Position numbers and translations under genes: made by a program
The notes under the pieces: model-generated
What the model was told of the DNA's origin: nothing
The model's database searches: none
What the model saw: only the letters and a program-made list of their open reading frames with translations
Assembly: GCA_036172245.1 (NCBI GenBank)
Contig: JAYWIR010000022.1
Coordinates: 1,736,001 to 1,800,000 of the forward strand
Reading direction: 5' to 3'
From: Raillietiella orientalis
Taxonomy: Eukaryota
DNA length: 64,000 nucleotides
Shown: positions 37,311-49,300 of the stretch, piece by piece
Numbering within the stretch: position 1 is the first letter of the stretch
How the letters are laid out: every line of letters starts with the position of its first letter

Positions 37311-39594
37311 CTATGAGCGTTCCGGGATGGCAAGAACAAGGAGAAGGCTAGGAAACCTCGAGCAGGATTGCAGACTTCAGTCTCCAATAAGTGGTTCCAA
37401 ATCGTTTGTGTCCTGGACTTGTTTCCATGGTTCTTTTGGACAGATGTCTGTTCTGCTTCGAAACCCGACTAGTCCACTTTTGTTCTCGTCTTCGTTGACT
37501 TTGCACGTGAGCTTCTTCTGTTGAAGAAGTCAGGTGAAGAATCCCTATGCATCTGTAGATTCGTCCTCGTTCTCTTTTAACCTGTTTAATGTGTGCCTCC
37601 GTTGCTTCGTTTCCATCTTTTCACCGTCGACTTCAGGCAACTTTGGCACGCAGGTCGTTTGCAACGCGAGAAAGGTCTCCATTCTAACTCATAACTCTTT
37701 CTCGTTTTAATAAAGTATTCCGTTCGCCTTTTACTAAACAATTCCGTAGACGGGGACGTCTAAATGGGTCTTTAGACACAGGGAGCAGGTAGAGAGCACG
37801 CGCGCAACCACAGCAGGGCCGGTCCTTTTTCTGTTTCCTTTTTTTTTCATGCGTCCTCCACTTTTGGCAACGAAGGAACTCAAGTTTCGGATTTGGAAAC
37901 CCAGAAAACCACTTTGTGGCAAACGGTATTTTGCAACAAACCACGTCCCCGCCGGCAGTGGCACCGACGGCTTCTGGGACGTCCACTCCGTGTGGAAATG
38001 GAAGACCTCAACGCAAACTGCTCTTTTTCATGTTTGTAGCTTTTCCTGAAAACGACCAAATTTCTGACGGTTCGAAATAGACAGGCTGAGTCGCTGAAGC
38101 CTGCCCATCTCGTCAAAACAAAGATGCATGAAAACCCCGAATGACCTGTGACAGCTGCAATGGAACAAGAAAAGATAATTTGATGGATGAATACATAAAA
38201 TGCATTGATACATGAAATCATCATCGCTACATGAGGATGTCGACACCTACGACCTGTTTGCTAAATCGAGCTTCCTGAATTGGTATCCCTAGGAGAAGAA
38301 TCTTTAGTAGGGCCACATGTAACATCTTGAGCTTTTTTTTTTCACCAGTGACACGTCTCAGCCTGCTGTCAAACGCTGGAATTTCCCGCCTAACCGTTTC
38401 CGTGCCTCCATTGGCAAGGAGATGAACTCTGTCCCTGCGCCATCCCTATGCCTGCGTGGATGCTGAAACCAAACTTTCCTTTCTATCCTTGCTTTCCATC
38501 TGAAACGAGATCTGTGTTTTCAACAGTGCTGATCGCCGCCTGAGACGCCTGGCAGGTTGGCAGGCGAAACCAAGTAGCTTTTGTCAATATAAATGCACCT
38601 TTAGACTCTGCTCGCTGCTAGACATGGAGTCAGCAGCTGTTCCCCAGAAACAGGTTGAATTGCATGCATCCAACTTTTCTTCGCCCTGCATTTCGGTGGA
38701 TGTGATTGTTTGAGCTCTCCTAGTTTGAGGAAACGGGAAGAATCACCCTTTCTTGGCCTGCTCCTCACAACGTCTTCCTTCCACGGATGTCTTTGCGTTC
38801 GGTCAGCTGCAAGGAGAGACGACGGTTTACGTTCGCTCTGACGTTCTGGCAGATGACAGGGCCCATTCGCTCCTCCTCAGCTGCGCTAAGTGCCCTCAAC
38901 GCGCTGTAAGTGCAGAGTTCTGTCAGTGTGGAAAACTGTTGCTCCCTCTTTCACTCGAGTACGAGGGCGGTGCTGCAGTACTGGAGCAAAGATCATTTCT
39001 TGAGGTATTACGTCAAAGCACTTATCGGAAAGTGCGAAAATTCAATGATCTGTATGAGGATGCAGCGACAAGCAATCCGTCATGCGTGTTATGCCAATAC
39101 ATCTCCTTTTATTGATGTGTTTCGTAGAAAGACTGTTTTCATTTCGGAGGGTTTCGTGTTTACCGGACGTAAACACGCGCGTTCTTTATCCGTTGCCTTC
39201 ACTCGCCTAAACGTCGTGTGCAAATAGCAAAGTTTTCAAGAGTTGATGCAGCGGAAGCTGATTTCCAGCTTCGGCATCTTCCGAAAGCCATTTCCAAGTG
39301 AGTGCGTGGCGTTTTTGCGACTTCCTTGCAGAGCTGATGAAAAAGCAAAGATCTCATTTCTTTTGAGGACTATCGCAACGCGAAGCAAATTCCACAAAAT
39401 AGCTTTGTTTCCATAGAGCCTCACCAGCCTGTTGGATGGGGAACGATTCTCACGGAAATCCTCCAATTGAACGCTCGACAGCTTCTCAGGGAGCCCATCT
39501 TGCAAGGGAATGTCGGTAATTCTCAGGAAGCTAAGGAAGAAAACGGAGGACAGAACAATCCCTCGGGGTTTCATCCACGCGCGATGCTTCAGTT

Positions 39595-39830
39595 CGTGCC
39601 TTCCGCTTAAGCGCTCTGCCGTTGTTGGGCGCCAATCTCTATTGCTACGAGATCTGAAGCTCGTTCGAGATTTCAAGGCAGAGGCTTTGTTTTGATTCAT
39701 CACATCACATAAGACGGCGGTGAGTTTTTCCTGCAGCTTTTTCAAGGTTCGTGTATATAAGATGCACGTTATCGCACGATCTGCCTTTAGAATGGTACGG
39801 TAACTGGCTAGAGGCCAGTGTCCACTCTGA
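39595..39830 (-). mobile_element. Possible piggyBac-like transposase C-terminal fragment
   Basis: HWPLASYRTIL..A...CILY (cf. RWP..F..IL..A..N..ILY) followed in frame by L...L and RLSGRH. No TIRs or TTAA duplication identified. Confidence 0.4.
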
Positions 39831-40038
39831 AAATGAAAAGACCACCGGTGGAATCATCATCCACGATGAGGATCAAAGCGCAAAGTCAGTTTCAGCGATC
39901 CTCGTGAGCTGCGGTCGATTTGAGCGTCGGGTCGAGTACTCTCGAGTTTTTTCCTACTTCTTCGATGCCATCTCGTCAAAACATCTGATGAAGGGCGTGG
40001 AAATTTATTTGTCTTCTTTCGATGTGCGCGTCTCGACG

Positions 40039-40600
40039 ATGCCACCCGGATACGCCGGGACGTTTATCAAAACTTCCGTATGGTCAACAACATACGTGGT
40101 ATCAGGCCCCACTAACGGCCATGCAGCAACGGACCTGTCGGGACGCCGGGACGCAGCCCGGTGTGACTCTCCTCGGCAGTGGAGGGAGATGGGGGTGAAA
40201 ACAAAAATAAAAAATAAAGTAAGAAACAAAAACAAAAAGAGTTTAAAGGGACGGGAAGGGATCACATTCCACTACGTAGAGGGCCCATCCTCTGCAGGAT
40301 GCCCTCAAGGTCCTCCTTCAATCCACCCAACAGGGGCCATCCGGGAGCTCTCTGCAGGAAGCGAGCAGCATACGGGATGACATTCGTCACGATGGAATCT
40401 CCATCTTCGGCTTCACTCCAGGCCGCCACAATACCTCGGACGCAGCAAAGGGGGCTACCAGGGCTGCGGCTGGTCTCAGGGCGTCCCACACTAAGAGAAG
40501 ATTGTAAAGGTCTCTGGGGTTGCCGCCAACCGGTATCTCGAGGTTTGTTCCGAGACGCTCTTACAGGATCCGGAGGGCAGGGCAGTCGACTATAAGGTGG
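40039..40600 (-). mobile_element. 3' portion of a Tx1-like element with terminal stem-loop
   Basis: ORF tail ending at 40262, T-rich UTR, and GATAAACGTCCCGGCGTATCCGGGTG (reverse complement of ~40043-40068). Confidence 0.6.
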
Positions 40601-40639
40601 GGGAGGCATTCCCGCTCCTCACACCTGGCACATTCAGGA

Positions 40640-41400
40640 CTCACTCCCCCCAGGCTTCGGCAGTCGAAGATTTCTGCGATTTGCTGAGCCGTGGGACAGG
40701 ACTACGCGTGAGCAGAACGAAGTCGTCGCTGTTTGCGGTTGGTGCAAAGTGGGCAGGACGACCTGATTGGATCCGCCTGGGGATCCCCACGGAGAGGTAC
40801 TTGAAGTACCTCGACGTTCCGTTGGGGGACTTCTGCCAGTCAGAAGCCTGGTCAGGTCGTCTCCAAAAAGTGGAGTCAGCCCACTTTGCCATCTCGGCTT
40901 CCGGCTGTTTTGAAGCGCCCTTCGTAGGAAGGGCAGCGCCGTGGCCAGTGGGGTCGTCTCCGCCCAAGTGCCTCTGGCGGGACACAAGATCATGTTCCGC
41001 AGCGTGCAGCGGGTGTAGATGCGGGTGCGCAGGCGGTTGCAGGATTCTCCACTGATGTCTTTCAACTTTGCCCACGTTCCAACTGTTTCTTCCAGCCATG
41101 CGGAGGAGTTGGCGGGGCTGCAGACCATCCACCCGTTTTCCTTTGCCAGGGTGGCCATGCGTCCTAGGAGGAGTCCGCATCTTCGTATCTTCCGGCCGGA
41201 GCACAGAGGATAAGACGCTAGTCCTTGCGTCCTGGAGACTCGGCTGTCAAGAAGGTGGGCTGGAACGCACCAAGGGGTGCTCCACATCTTCGCTGAGATG
41301 GCCATGGTGCGCCATCGTAGCTGAATTTCCAAGCGCTCCAGCGTCAGGAGACCAGGACCGCCGTCCCGACGCGGAGCGCGTCTCGACGTGGTAGGATTGA
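40640..41400 (+). mobile_element. L1/Tx1-like RT thumb-region fragment, inverted relative to the adjacent 3' portion
   Basis: TGLRVSRTKS...YLKYLDVPLG (cf. SGLKVNxxKS...KYLGVPL), W..RL.KV, and later QEGGL. Confidence 0.7.
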
Positions 41401-42636
41401 GGCGAAATGAGAGTGGCCAACTGACTCGAAGAAGTCAATCTTGCCGACGGAACAAAGTGTGGACAAGCGGATTACCATCCATCTTTGATGTGGGTACACA
41501 AGTCTTCCTCGGCAACAGGGATACATTCTTTTTACTCTCCCTGTCTGGACTCTCCGCTGTTAAAGTCTCAGTATTTTTCACTTTCCAAGTGGAGGCTGTA
41601 CGGAACACTCTTGCTGGGCAACAAATTGTGTTCCATTCTCGGTGCGTGTAAATCTCCGAAGAATTCCAAGATGAGTTTACAGGATGAAGAACCCTCATTC
41701 TGAAAAAGTCCTTTGCTGCTGCAGCACCCGCCGCTACCACCGAATTTCATATCTTGACGTCTCCAAAGATGCGGATGCGATGTGAGAAAATTATCCTTCG
41801 GGAACCATCCATTTGGCGTCTGCATTTCCAAAGTCGGTTTTGGTGCACCGCGTGTGTGTGCATCAGTCGTGCTCGAAGCTCGCAGCAGGGGAAGGAGGGA
41901 ATCGTCTCTCCACCACCCAGTCCAAGACATTCCTGGCTTCGCACGCGCGAGTCCCCAAATATGAGCATCGCATGCAGGTTGTTGTGGAGCTGTTCCGTCT
42001 CTTTCGGCGTCCCCGCGTCTTGCCAAGCATCGCAGGTGCGGATAACAAAGTGAGACCCACGAGGAAGCCGCTGATTCGTAGCTCACGTAGAGAGAAGAGC
42101 TGCACGACTGATGTGATGTTTACGGTTGAGAGTTTCCTTGGCCTCCGGTGCAAACAACTACGAAACTACGAAAGTTGGGGAGGGATTTTCTCCGTTCGGC
42201 GTTTCCTCTGCGTAAGGTGAAGTTCCCGTGCTGCTTTCAGCGACTTCGTAGCCCGGCGACGGAGACGGAAATCTTTTCCTGACCTTTGCTAGAATGAAAT
42301 TATTTTCTTTTCCTCTTTTTTCTTCACCACAGATGCACACTTGGGTGTGGTGGCATGCACTTCGTTTCCCCGTGCCTACAGAAAGACTTGTGGGAAGATT
42401 CCGTTTCTTCGAGGCCGGATTCTCTTCAGATGGTGCGGATGACCGGTAACAGTCCTCGCACACAATCCGAGTTTTTGATCCTTCGTGGTCTTCGTGCCAA
42501 TTACTTGTGCTTCCCTTTGGTAAACGGCGGTGAAAACGATTTTCTTAACAAGGTCGTACTTTCACGAGCTCTGCATATTACACTCCGTCAGCAGAGATGT
42601 GCCATCTCAATGCCATCTCACCAGCTTTTCTTTTCT

Positions 42637-43328
42637 TTTTTTTTTTTTGTTGTCTCCGAAGGGGAACCCCGAAGGGAATCTCCTTTCTCATTCTCTCCGG
42701 AGGGACACCCCCCGTAATGAGGGGTGGTTCTCTCCATTTCAACTTCTCCGAAGCGAACCCGGAAAGGATTCGCTTCTAGGAATTTCTTCTCCGGAGGGAA
42801 CCCGCAAGGGAACCGCTCCTGTTCACTCCTCTGAAGAGAACCCCGAATGGGCGCTTCCGAAACTCAGAAGGGGCACTGCAGCTTCCCGCAGGGAATCGCT
42901 CTCGCTTGCTTCCTTGTGCACACTCTGTGAAGAGGCGACGACTCGGAGGGACCCCCCAACAAGGGGGGGTCTGCTTTGAACAGCTGGAGAGGTGCCCGTG
43001 AGGGCTCCTGCTCCATCTTGAAACCGGAGGCGGTCCCCCGGTGACGGGGGTCCACTCTCCGTTGCACACCGGAGATGGAACTCCCCACTCCTTTATTCCT
43101 GGGAGGACCTGAAGGTCGACTGCCATTGTTCCGGCCTTCACCGGGAGGCCGCCGGCTTTTTCCACCGCCGGTGCCACGCCCGAATGTCTCGGCCCACCAG
43201 CGCCATCTTGCAGGAGAAACTCGGAACCCAACGGCGCACTGGCGTCAATTTATCTGCCGAAGTATTCGAACCCGCGACGCGTGGTGCCACGCGCGGAAGC
43301 CTTAACCACAAAGCCTCCGACGCGGTCA
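42637..43328 (-). mobile_element. SINE-like hairpin-array element, copy 2, full length with poly(A) and TSD
   Basis: The minus strand starts with an A-box-like AGGCTTTGTGGTTAAGGC and a B-box-like GGTTCGAATAC (43262-43272), then AAGATGGCGCTG and the hairpin array. It ends CTTCGGAGACAAC + A-run (T-run to 42648 on +). Flanked by AGCTTTTCTTTTCT (42623-42636) and AGCTTTTCTATTCT (43329-43342), 13/14 identical. Confidence 0.85.
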
Positions 43329-46300
43329 AGCTTTTCTATTCTGTCTATTCCGCTCTTGTCCTGCATCCGACGGCAATATTTCATCCCGTTCCACATTCAC
43401 TGCAACCTCACACTCAAATTCTGAATATTTTAGGCAAGATTCCCTCAAGGCCGTGGGAGAAACGCTTCTCTTCGAGTCATTTCTAATGATGAGGGGAAAA
43501 TTTAGCAGGTTTCCGATCGCGTCCCTTCCTTGTATCCAGAATTATCGAAGAGCCAGCAGCCTCACCTTGAATTTTATCTCCTTCGTAACGAAAGCATACA
43601 CTTGCCATTCCCTTCGCTTGATGATGCTGCAGTTTTCTACGATGCGACCGCAGTACGCTTCAGGCACAGGAACATGGCAAGACTATCCGTGACGACGTCC
43701 TCCGAACCTTTCCTGTCAAGAGCTGCTCATCCCGATCCCTGTCAGGATTTTGGGGGAGAATATGCTTCCAGAACGGAGGCATGTCGAAGGGAGTCCGGAT
43801 TCCCAGAAATGCGGATGCAGGTGGTCCACTGATTCTTTCTTGCCAAGTCCATTTGAGGCTGTCTCTGATGCTGAATCCACCTGAAAGCACCAGAAGCATC
43901 TGCTTCTTCGACAGACAGAAGGCGCAGCTATTTTGAAGGAAGAGCTTGGGAATCTCGTGTTTGTTTTTTTCTGCTCCCTGAACAGATTGCCGTAGGCGTC
44001 TTTAATGGTTGACCAGCACCCAATTTCATCTCGGTGCTTGCCCACGTCGATCTTTCTTCAGAAACAGCGGAAGTAGCAGCTGGACTTGCACTCGGTGCTG
44101 ATACGGGCAAGAGACTTGCAATCGCCTGCTGTCCCTACATCCGTTTTTCTCTAGCACTGTTCACAGTTTTCGCGGTAGCCACTGTCCATCCAGCTGTCGT
44201 GTTCTCCTTCGGAATGGCATTCTCGAAGAATTTCTTTCCGATGGTGTCGGTGGGTTCTTCACAAAAGATGGAGATGCAAACGACGAGATGTATTACTCGG
44301 ATCTGTCATGAGTTCTCCCAAGGGATACTTCTTTGGGTTTGTGTGCTCTCTCGGCGTCAATTTTCTCGTTGCTCGAATAAGGGAAAGGCTAGGGGAATGC
44401 GACTGCTTCCCCTTGATCGCCATCCCTCCAGCGAATGCGTGCGTGCAACCGCGTATCGGCACTCAGTTCACGTCATCCACGAGCGTCCCTTTCGTCTGCA
44501 TCCTTCGCCAGTTCCAAAACCTCCAAAGATTCCCATTCCAGAGGTAAGCGACTGGATCCTCGTGACTTTGAAGACATCGCATCCTCGCTATGGGACGGTC
44601 GGTGGCTGCCCCTCATCCACCGACTCACTCGAAGACTTTATTTTTGTGATTCCATTTGCATGGCAACCGCGGTTCCTGTGTTTGTAGCTTTATTTGGATC
44701 GTTCCGAAACTGATTACAACATGAAAGTTGCCTTACATCTTGGGAAGAGCGTTAGCATAGGGCACCTTCTTCTCCCGCACTGTATTTATGACTGCAGTAG
44801 CAGCGTAATTGGGATAGATTCTTTCTTCTTTATGGGAATTCGGAGGCGCATGTAGATCATCCGTGTGCTGCAACAAGAGTGGCTTTCCTCTGAATGATGT
44901 TGCAATGCACACACATTCCATTTATACAAAACTCAATGTATAGTAAATGCATACAACATGCCCTTTCCATGCTATAATGAATACCTGAATACAACGCAGC
45001 ATGTGCATAGTACACGCACGTATTTTACGAATAGGAACATTGCTCCGAATCCCTGCCTCGTATGCTGCCCATCTGTAGAAACACTGACATGCAAATGGAC
45101 CTCCCTATGAAGGAGCGGCTCCTCGTCGACGATTGTGCTTAAGTGGTCTCAATCCAAAGCTTCGCAAAGATGCGTTCTCGTACCAGCAGGAGGGGAGAGC
45201 AAGGTTCAAAGCTCATCTGGAAATCATGCGATGATTTCTGGCATTCTTTCTCAACGCAGAAGAGAGAAAGACGAGTTGAAAGGAATGCTGCACCAATAAG
45301 ACGATCCTCACCTTTTGCGTTTTGATCTGAAACCAACACCAAAAGGATAAAAGATAAACACTGAAGATCGCACTTGTGCTGGAGAGGTGGGAAGTTTCCG
45401 AGGATTGAATGAAAAGAGGCGGAAGATGGGTATGTCTGCAAAACAAAACCGATGTTGTGTCGGAAACAGAAAGTAAGTGGGAAACGATTCCATCCACTGA
45501 TTCCATTCAGTGTGAAGGGATCAGACAATTTGCGGAGATAGTAGCCTGAGTGCGCATGCACCGTGTCTTTCGAAGCCGGGTTTTCATAGTCACACATCGG
45601 ATTCACACCGAAAGAGTTTTGGTTGCTCATACTGATGATATGTTTCCAAGTTCGTTGCTGTTGCCCACAAGGCAATAAGGACGTATGACACGAAGGGTTG
45701 TCAGTGTGTGTGGCACGACGAAGCTTGCAGTATGCTTCATCAACGCTTGTGCCCATTTCAGACGTTTTCCGTTCTGCGGTTTCCTGTTTCTAGTGGATGC
45801 CCGTGCTTTCTAGTAGAGTTGCCGGATCTCTATTTGATTTGTGGCTATTTATATCCCTTGACGGAAATTTATGTACTCAGTCGAGTGCTTCCGTTTTCTT
45901 CGGCTTGTTAAGCGCAGCATGTGAGGACACCTAAAAATATGGCGAAGCAGACCCTCCTCGAAATTTGCTTCCCAAGGGAAAGTGGGTCGGATTCCTCTCA
46001 CAGGTAGTGAATACCGAAAGTACATGGGCTGACAATGAGGATAACTTCCAAAAGAATGGTTTCGGCTCCATTTGTGGTAGTTGGATTCATTTCTCCTTTT
46101 GGTTCCGCTTTCCAGCCAGCTCGTTATAAGGGAAAGGCGATGGCACTCTTCCACTGGTGGCGCATGGAGCAAATCGCGCCCCGCTTCAGGGTCCGCACTT
46201 TTAGAGGTTTCGTTCAGAGTTCTCCTTGGGGCAGCACGGAGTAGCAGGAATGTCTTTGAGGGAGTGGTCCATTGGTTTGTTCACCGATAGAAATCTTCCC

Positions 46301-49300
46301 GCTCTTCGATCCAGACGATGTCTGACGCGACGCTCACCAAGATGATCGTCTTTCACGAAAAGACGGAAGAAGGAACTGTCCCTCGATTCAACGCTTCCGT
46401 TTTTGACTTTTTCCGAACTGTTTTTTTTCGATTCCTCCGATGCTTCTCCGTGGGGTTGCTCGCGATCACCGCGCGCCCGTATGAGGGTGGGGGAGCAGAT
46501 GGCGGATGCAAGCACTGTGATCCCGAGTCATCGCTTACGGGGTGAAGCGAGAGGCAGGTTTCGGGATGCTTGGTCGGTTCGGAATTAGCGAGGGATGATC
46601 CAACTTCCTGAGGGAGGAAGGCTGGAATCCCTTCGCGTGCCGTTCCGCCAACTACCAGACCCGTCCTGGTCATTCGCTTTCAAGCCACCGCGCTTCTTCA
46701 TTTCCGACTGCTGAGAGGAGTCCCAGGCTCACCCTGAGAGCAGCCGAACAATCGCGACGGTCCACTGCTTCTCTGGAACGACGAGCACCCAGAACCAGGA
46801 ACAGCACTCACCTCAAGTGGATTCATCAGGGTTCCTGCTTTTGGATCCTGAAGGAACCACTCGGTGGATTGTGGAAGACTTCTCTTCTCCAGCCTGAGAT
46901 GTTTGGAACTTCATCTTCAGAAGGATCTTTAATGGTTTCGTAGATGGACTAGGGAAAGCTGTAAATTTTTCACGGTCAGCCATCTTGTTATTCGCCATTC
47001 CCTCTTTCATTCACAGGAGCGCGGAATCCTCGACCCCTAGCAGCTATACATCTTTTGTGGATCCTCAGCGAGCAGGGTTCAACGCTGCCGTTCAAAACGC
47101 TCGGAGCTATTTTCTTTCCCTTGAAAGGCAAGTCGAAAAACGGGTCCCTGGTGCGCACCCTCTGTTCTTTCGTCATTCCTTTCCCTGTGGGTATTTTGCT
47201 CCTTCCGTGGAGGCATCTTCACATTTGGTAGAGTTCACGAAACGCTTCGCCCGACTGTAAATCAGTTCGAGAGGGAACACCTTCAGGGATTCACTTCCCC
47301 GCGAACTTCCGGGAAAGCTTCTTATTAGCTCCTGCTTTTCCTTCTTTCTTCCCTTTTTTCCATTTTTTTCCCCTTCTTCTTCCCTCCTAGCAACTGTGGG
47401 TACGGATTTCCCCATCGCATGCCAGAATGCCAAGGCATGAGCGTCGGAGGATCATCTTCAGGAATCGCCACTCTCATGTGCAAGAGGTTTTTTGGCCCGA
47501 ACGGCTTCGAGAACGGCTGCAGGCTAAACTGCTACATGCAGCGAGAGCAATCCTGTCTCCAAAGCCCACGTAGGAAGCAGGGATGGTCCTCCGTCGCTCT
47601 CGAAGCGACCGATGAACCACTGATTTCGATCACACTTTGGCACACTTGGTCGATAAACTGCGAGCCGTCGTCTCGGGTGTCAAATAAATCATGGAAACAA
47701 AAGACCGTTTCGCGGATGAGGAGATGTTCTCTTTCTTCGGAGGAATCGCTGAGGCTTCAAGTTTTCGTTCAGCACACAACGGTGATTTTGGAAGCTGTGG
47801 ATGATCATGGAGTCCACGCTGGTGTTCCAAATAAAAAGAACGACCTCCATGTTGCTGCATCCCCGTGCGTCCGACAAAGACGATTTTTCAGTCAGCTGCT
47901 ATTCGTTTCGTTTCATGATGATTTCGTTCAAAGATAAGGTCTCCTCCGGATCCAGAGAAGAAGAAGGAAAAAAAAGGTTGCGTGAAGCGTACGCTCGGAG
48001 CACGGCATCAGCTGAGGGAGTATCTTCCCCGATTGCCTGATCCCCTACAAGTCCTGTTAAGTTCGAAGCTGGATGCCTTGCGGACCAGAAACGATAAATT
48101 CATCACGTGCTCGGAATGCTAAGGCGAGAGACAGCCTTCGCAGAGGTTTCACAACCCATTTCCGAGGCAGATCCAAGCTGCAAGTAGTTGAACGACATTT
48201 TCGCTGAGCCGTCGCCGTTCAGACCGCACCTTACGAGGTCGGTCCTTTCTGAAGCTTCTTCCTGCGTTCCTCGGCAACCGCCCCTCTACGCAGCTGCTAT
48301 CCAACGATCGAGGAAGCCAACACCGACGATTCTCGTTGCCTGGAGGAAGTATCGCCAAGAGGAAGCAGCAATTTTCAAGCAAGAAAATATTCGAGCAAGA
48401 AATGGCAATCCTTTGCTACCCCATCTTTTCGATTCCTGGAAGCAAAGAAAAAAAAAAACTGTGCTTAAGTATATTCGCCCAGAGCTGTCGCATCTAAGGT
48501 TCTCTTTCGGATCTTGCATGCGATCACTTTTTTGTTACTCTCTCTCATTGCGTGTAACATTCGTTCTTGTCATGTAATGCACATCTGACTAGCATGAAGA
48601 AATGCATGCAACTGGAATTCAGAACACCCTGTGCCTAAGAGGTGTTGGTCGGTGAAGCTTCGTGTCTAGGATTCTTGTGTTCATCTTAGCCCAGTCCCTT
48701 CCACATTCTAGGAACCACACAGAAATTTGAGAAATTTCTTTGTTCTCTTCGTCAGAGTTCACATTGATTTATTCGGTCAGTGAGATGATGGATTCGACAC
48801 AAATAGCTACGTCTTCCTCACTGACAGAAATATCTCTGTGCTTTAGGAAGCTCCATCTTTTCAGTTGCTCTCTTACTCATTAAACTGGACAACTTGAGAG
48901 TCGCCCTTTTGTGGTTTCATATATGGCGGCTGCATTTTCGGTCTTTAGGGGCATTTCTTCTTTTTGTGGTGAAACACGGTTCAACTGATCTGCTAAACTC
49001 AAAGAGCAGTCATTTTAGTCTGTCTTCTGAACGGCTTCGGCTTGAAAGAAAGTACTGAATCCCTCACTCAAACGAAAAGAGCAAAGCTCACGAAAAGATG
49101 GTCAAGCGTGTTTTGCTGGCGTTTCTTCCGCACCACCCATTAGCATCTGCTTCCAGTTGCAAATGCGTGACTTTATCCCAGCCACTAACGGAAGCTGTAG
49201 GATCCGTGCAAGTTCAGCTGAAGGTTCGAAACCTGCAAGAACCTGCTGCATACATCTGTAGTAAATTCTGCTTACATTGCGAGTCTTGTGTTTTGTACCA

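Noticed and set aside
42825..42875. Hammerhead-like CTGAAGA...GAAAC inside the hairpin array; other units resemble CYGRAGR-G..C-GAAR on the + strand
   Set aside because: Stem III is absent, stems I and II are imperfect, other units break the invariant CUGANGA, and it is antisense to the tRNA-head/poly(A) strand.
42650..42980. Repeat-spacer-like periodicity suggesting a CRISPR array
   Set aside because: Units are degenerate, the variable parts are self-complementary stems, there are no cas genes, and the context is eukaryotic.
43250..43328. tRNA gene
   Set aside because: Only A/B-box-like sequences are present, with no anticodon arm or acceptor stem. Treated as a SINE head.
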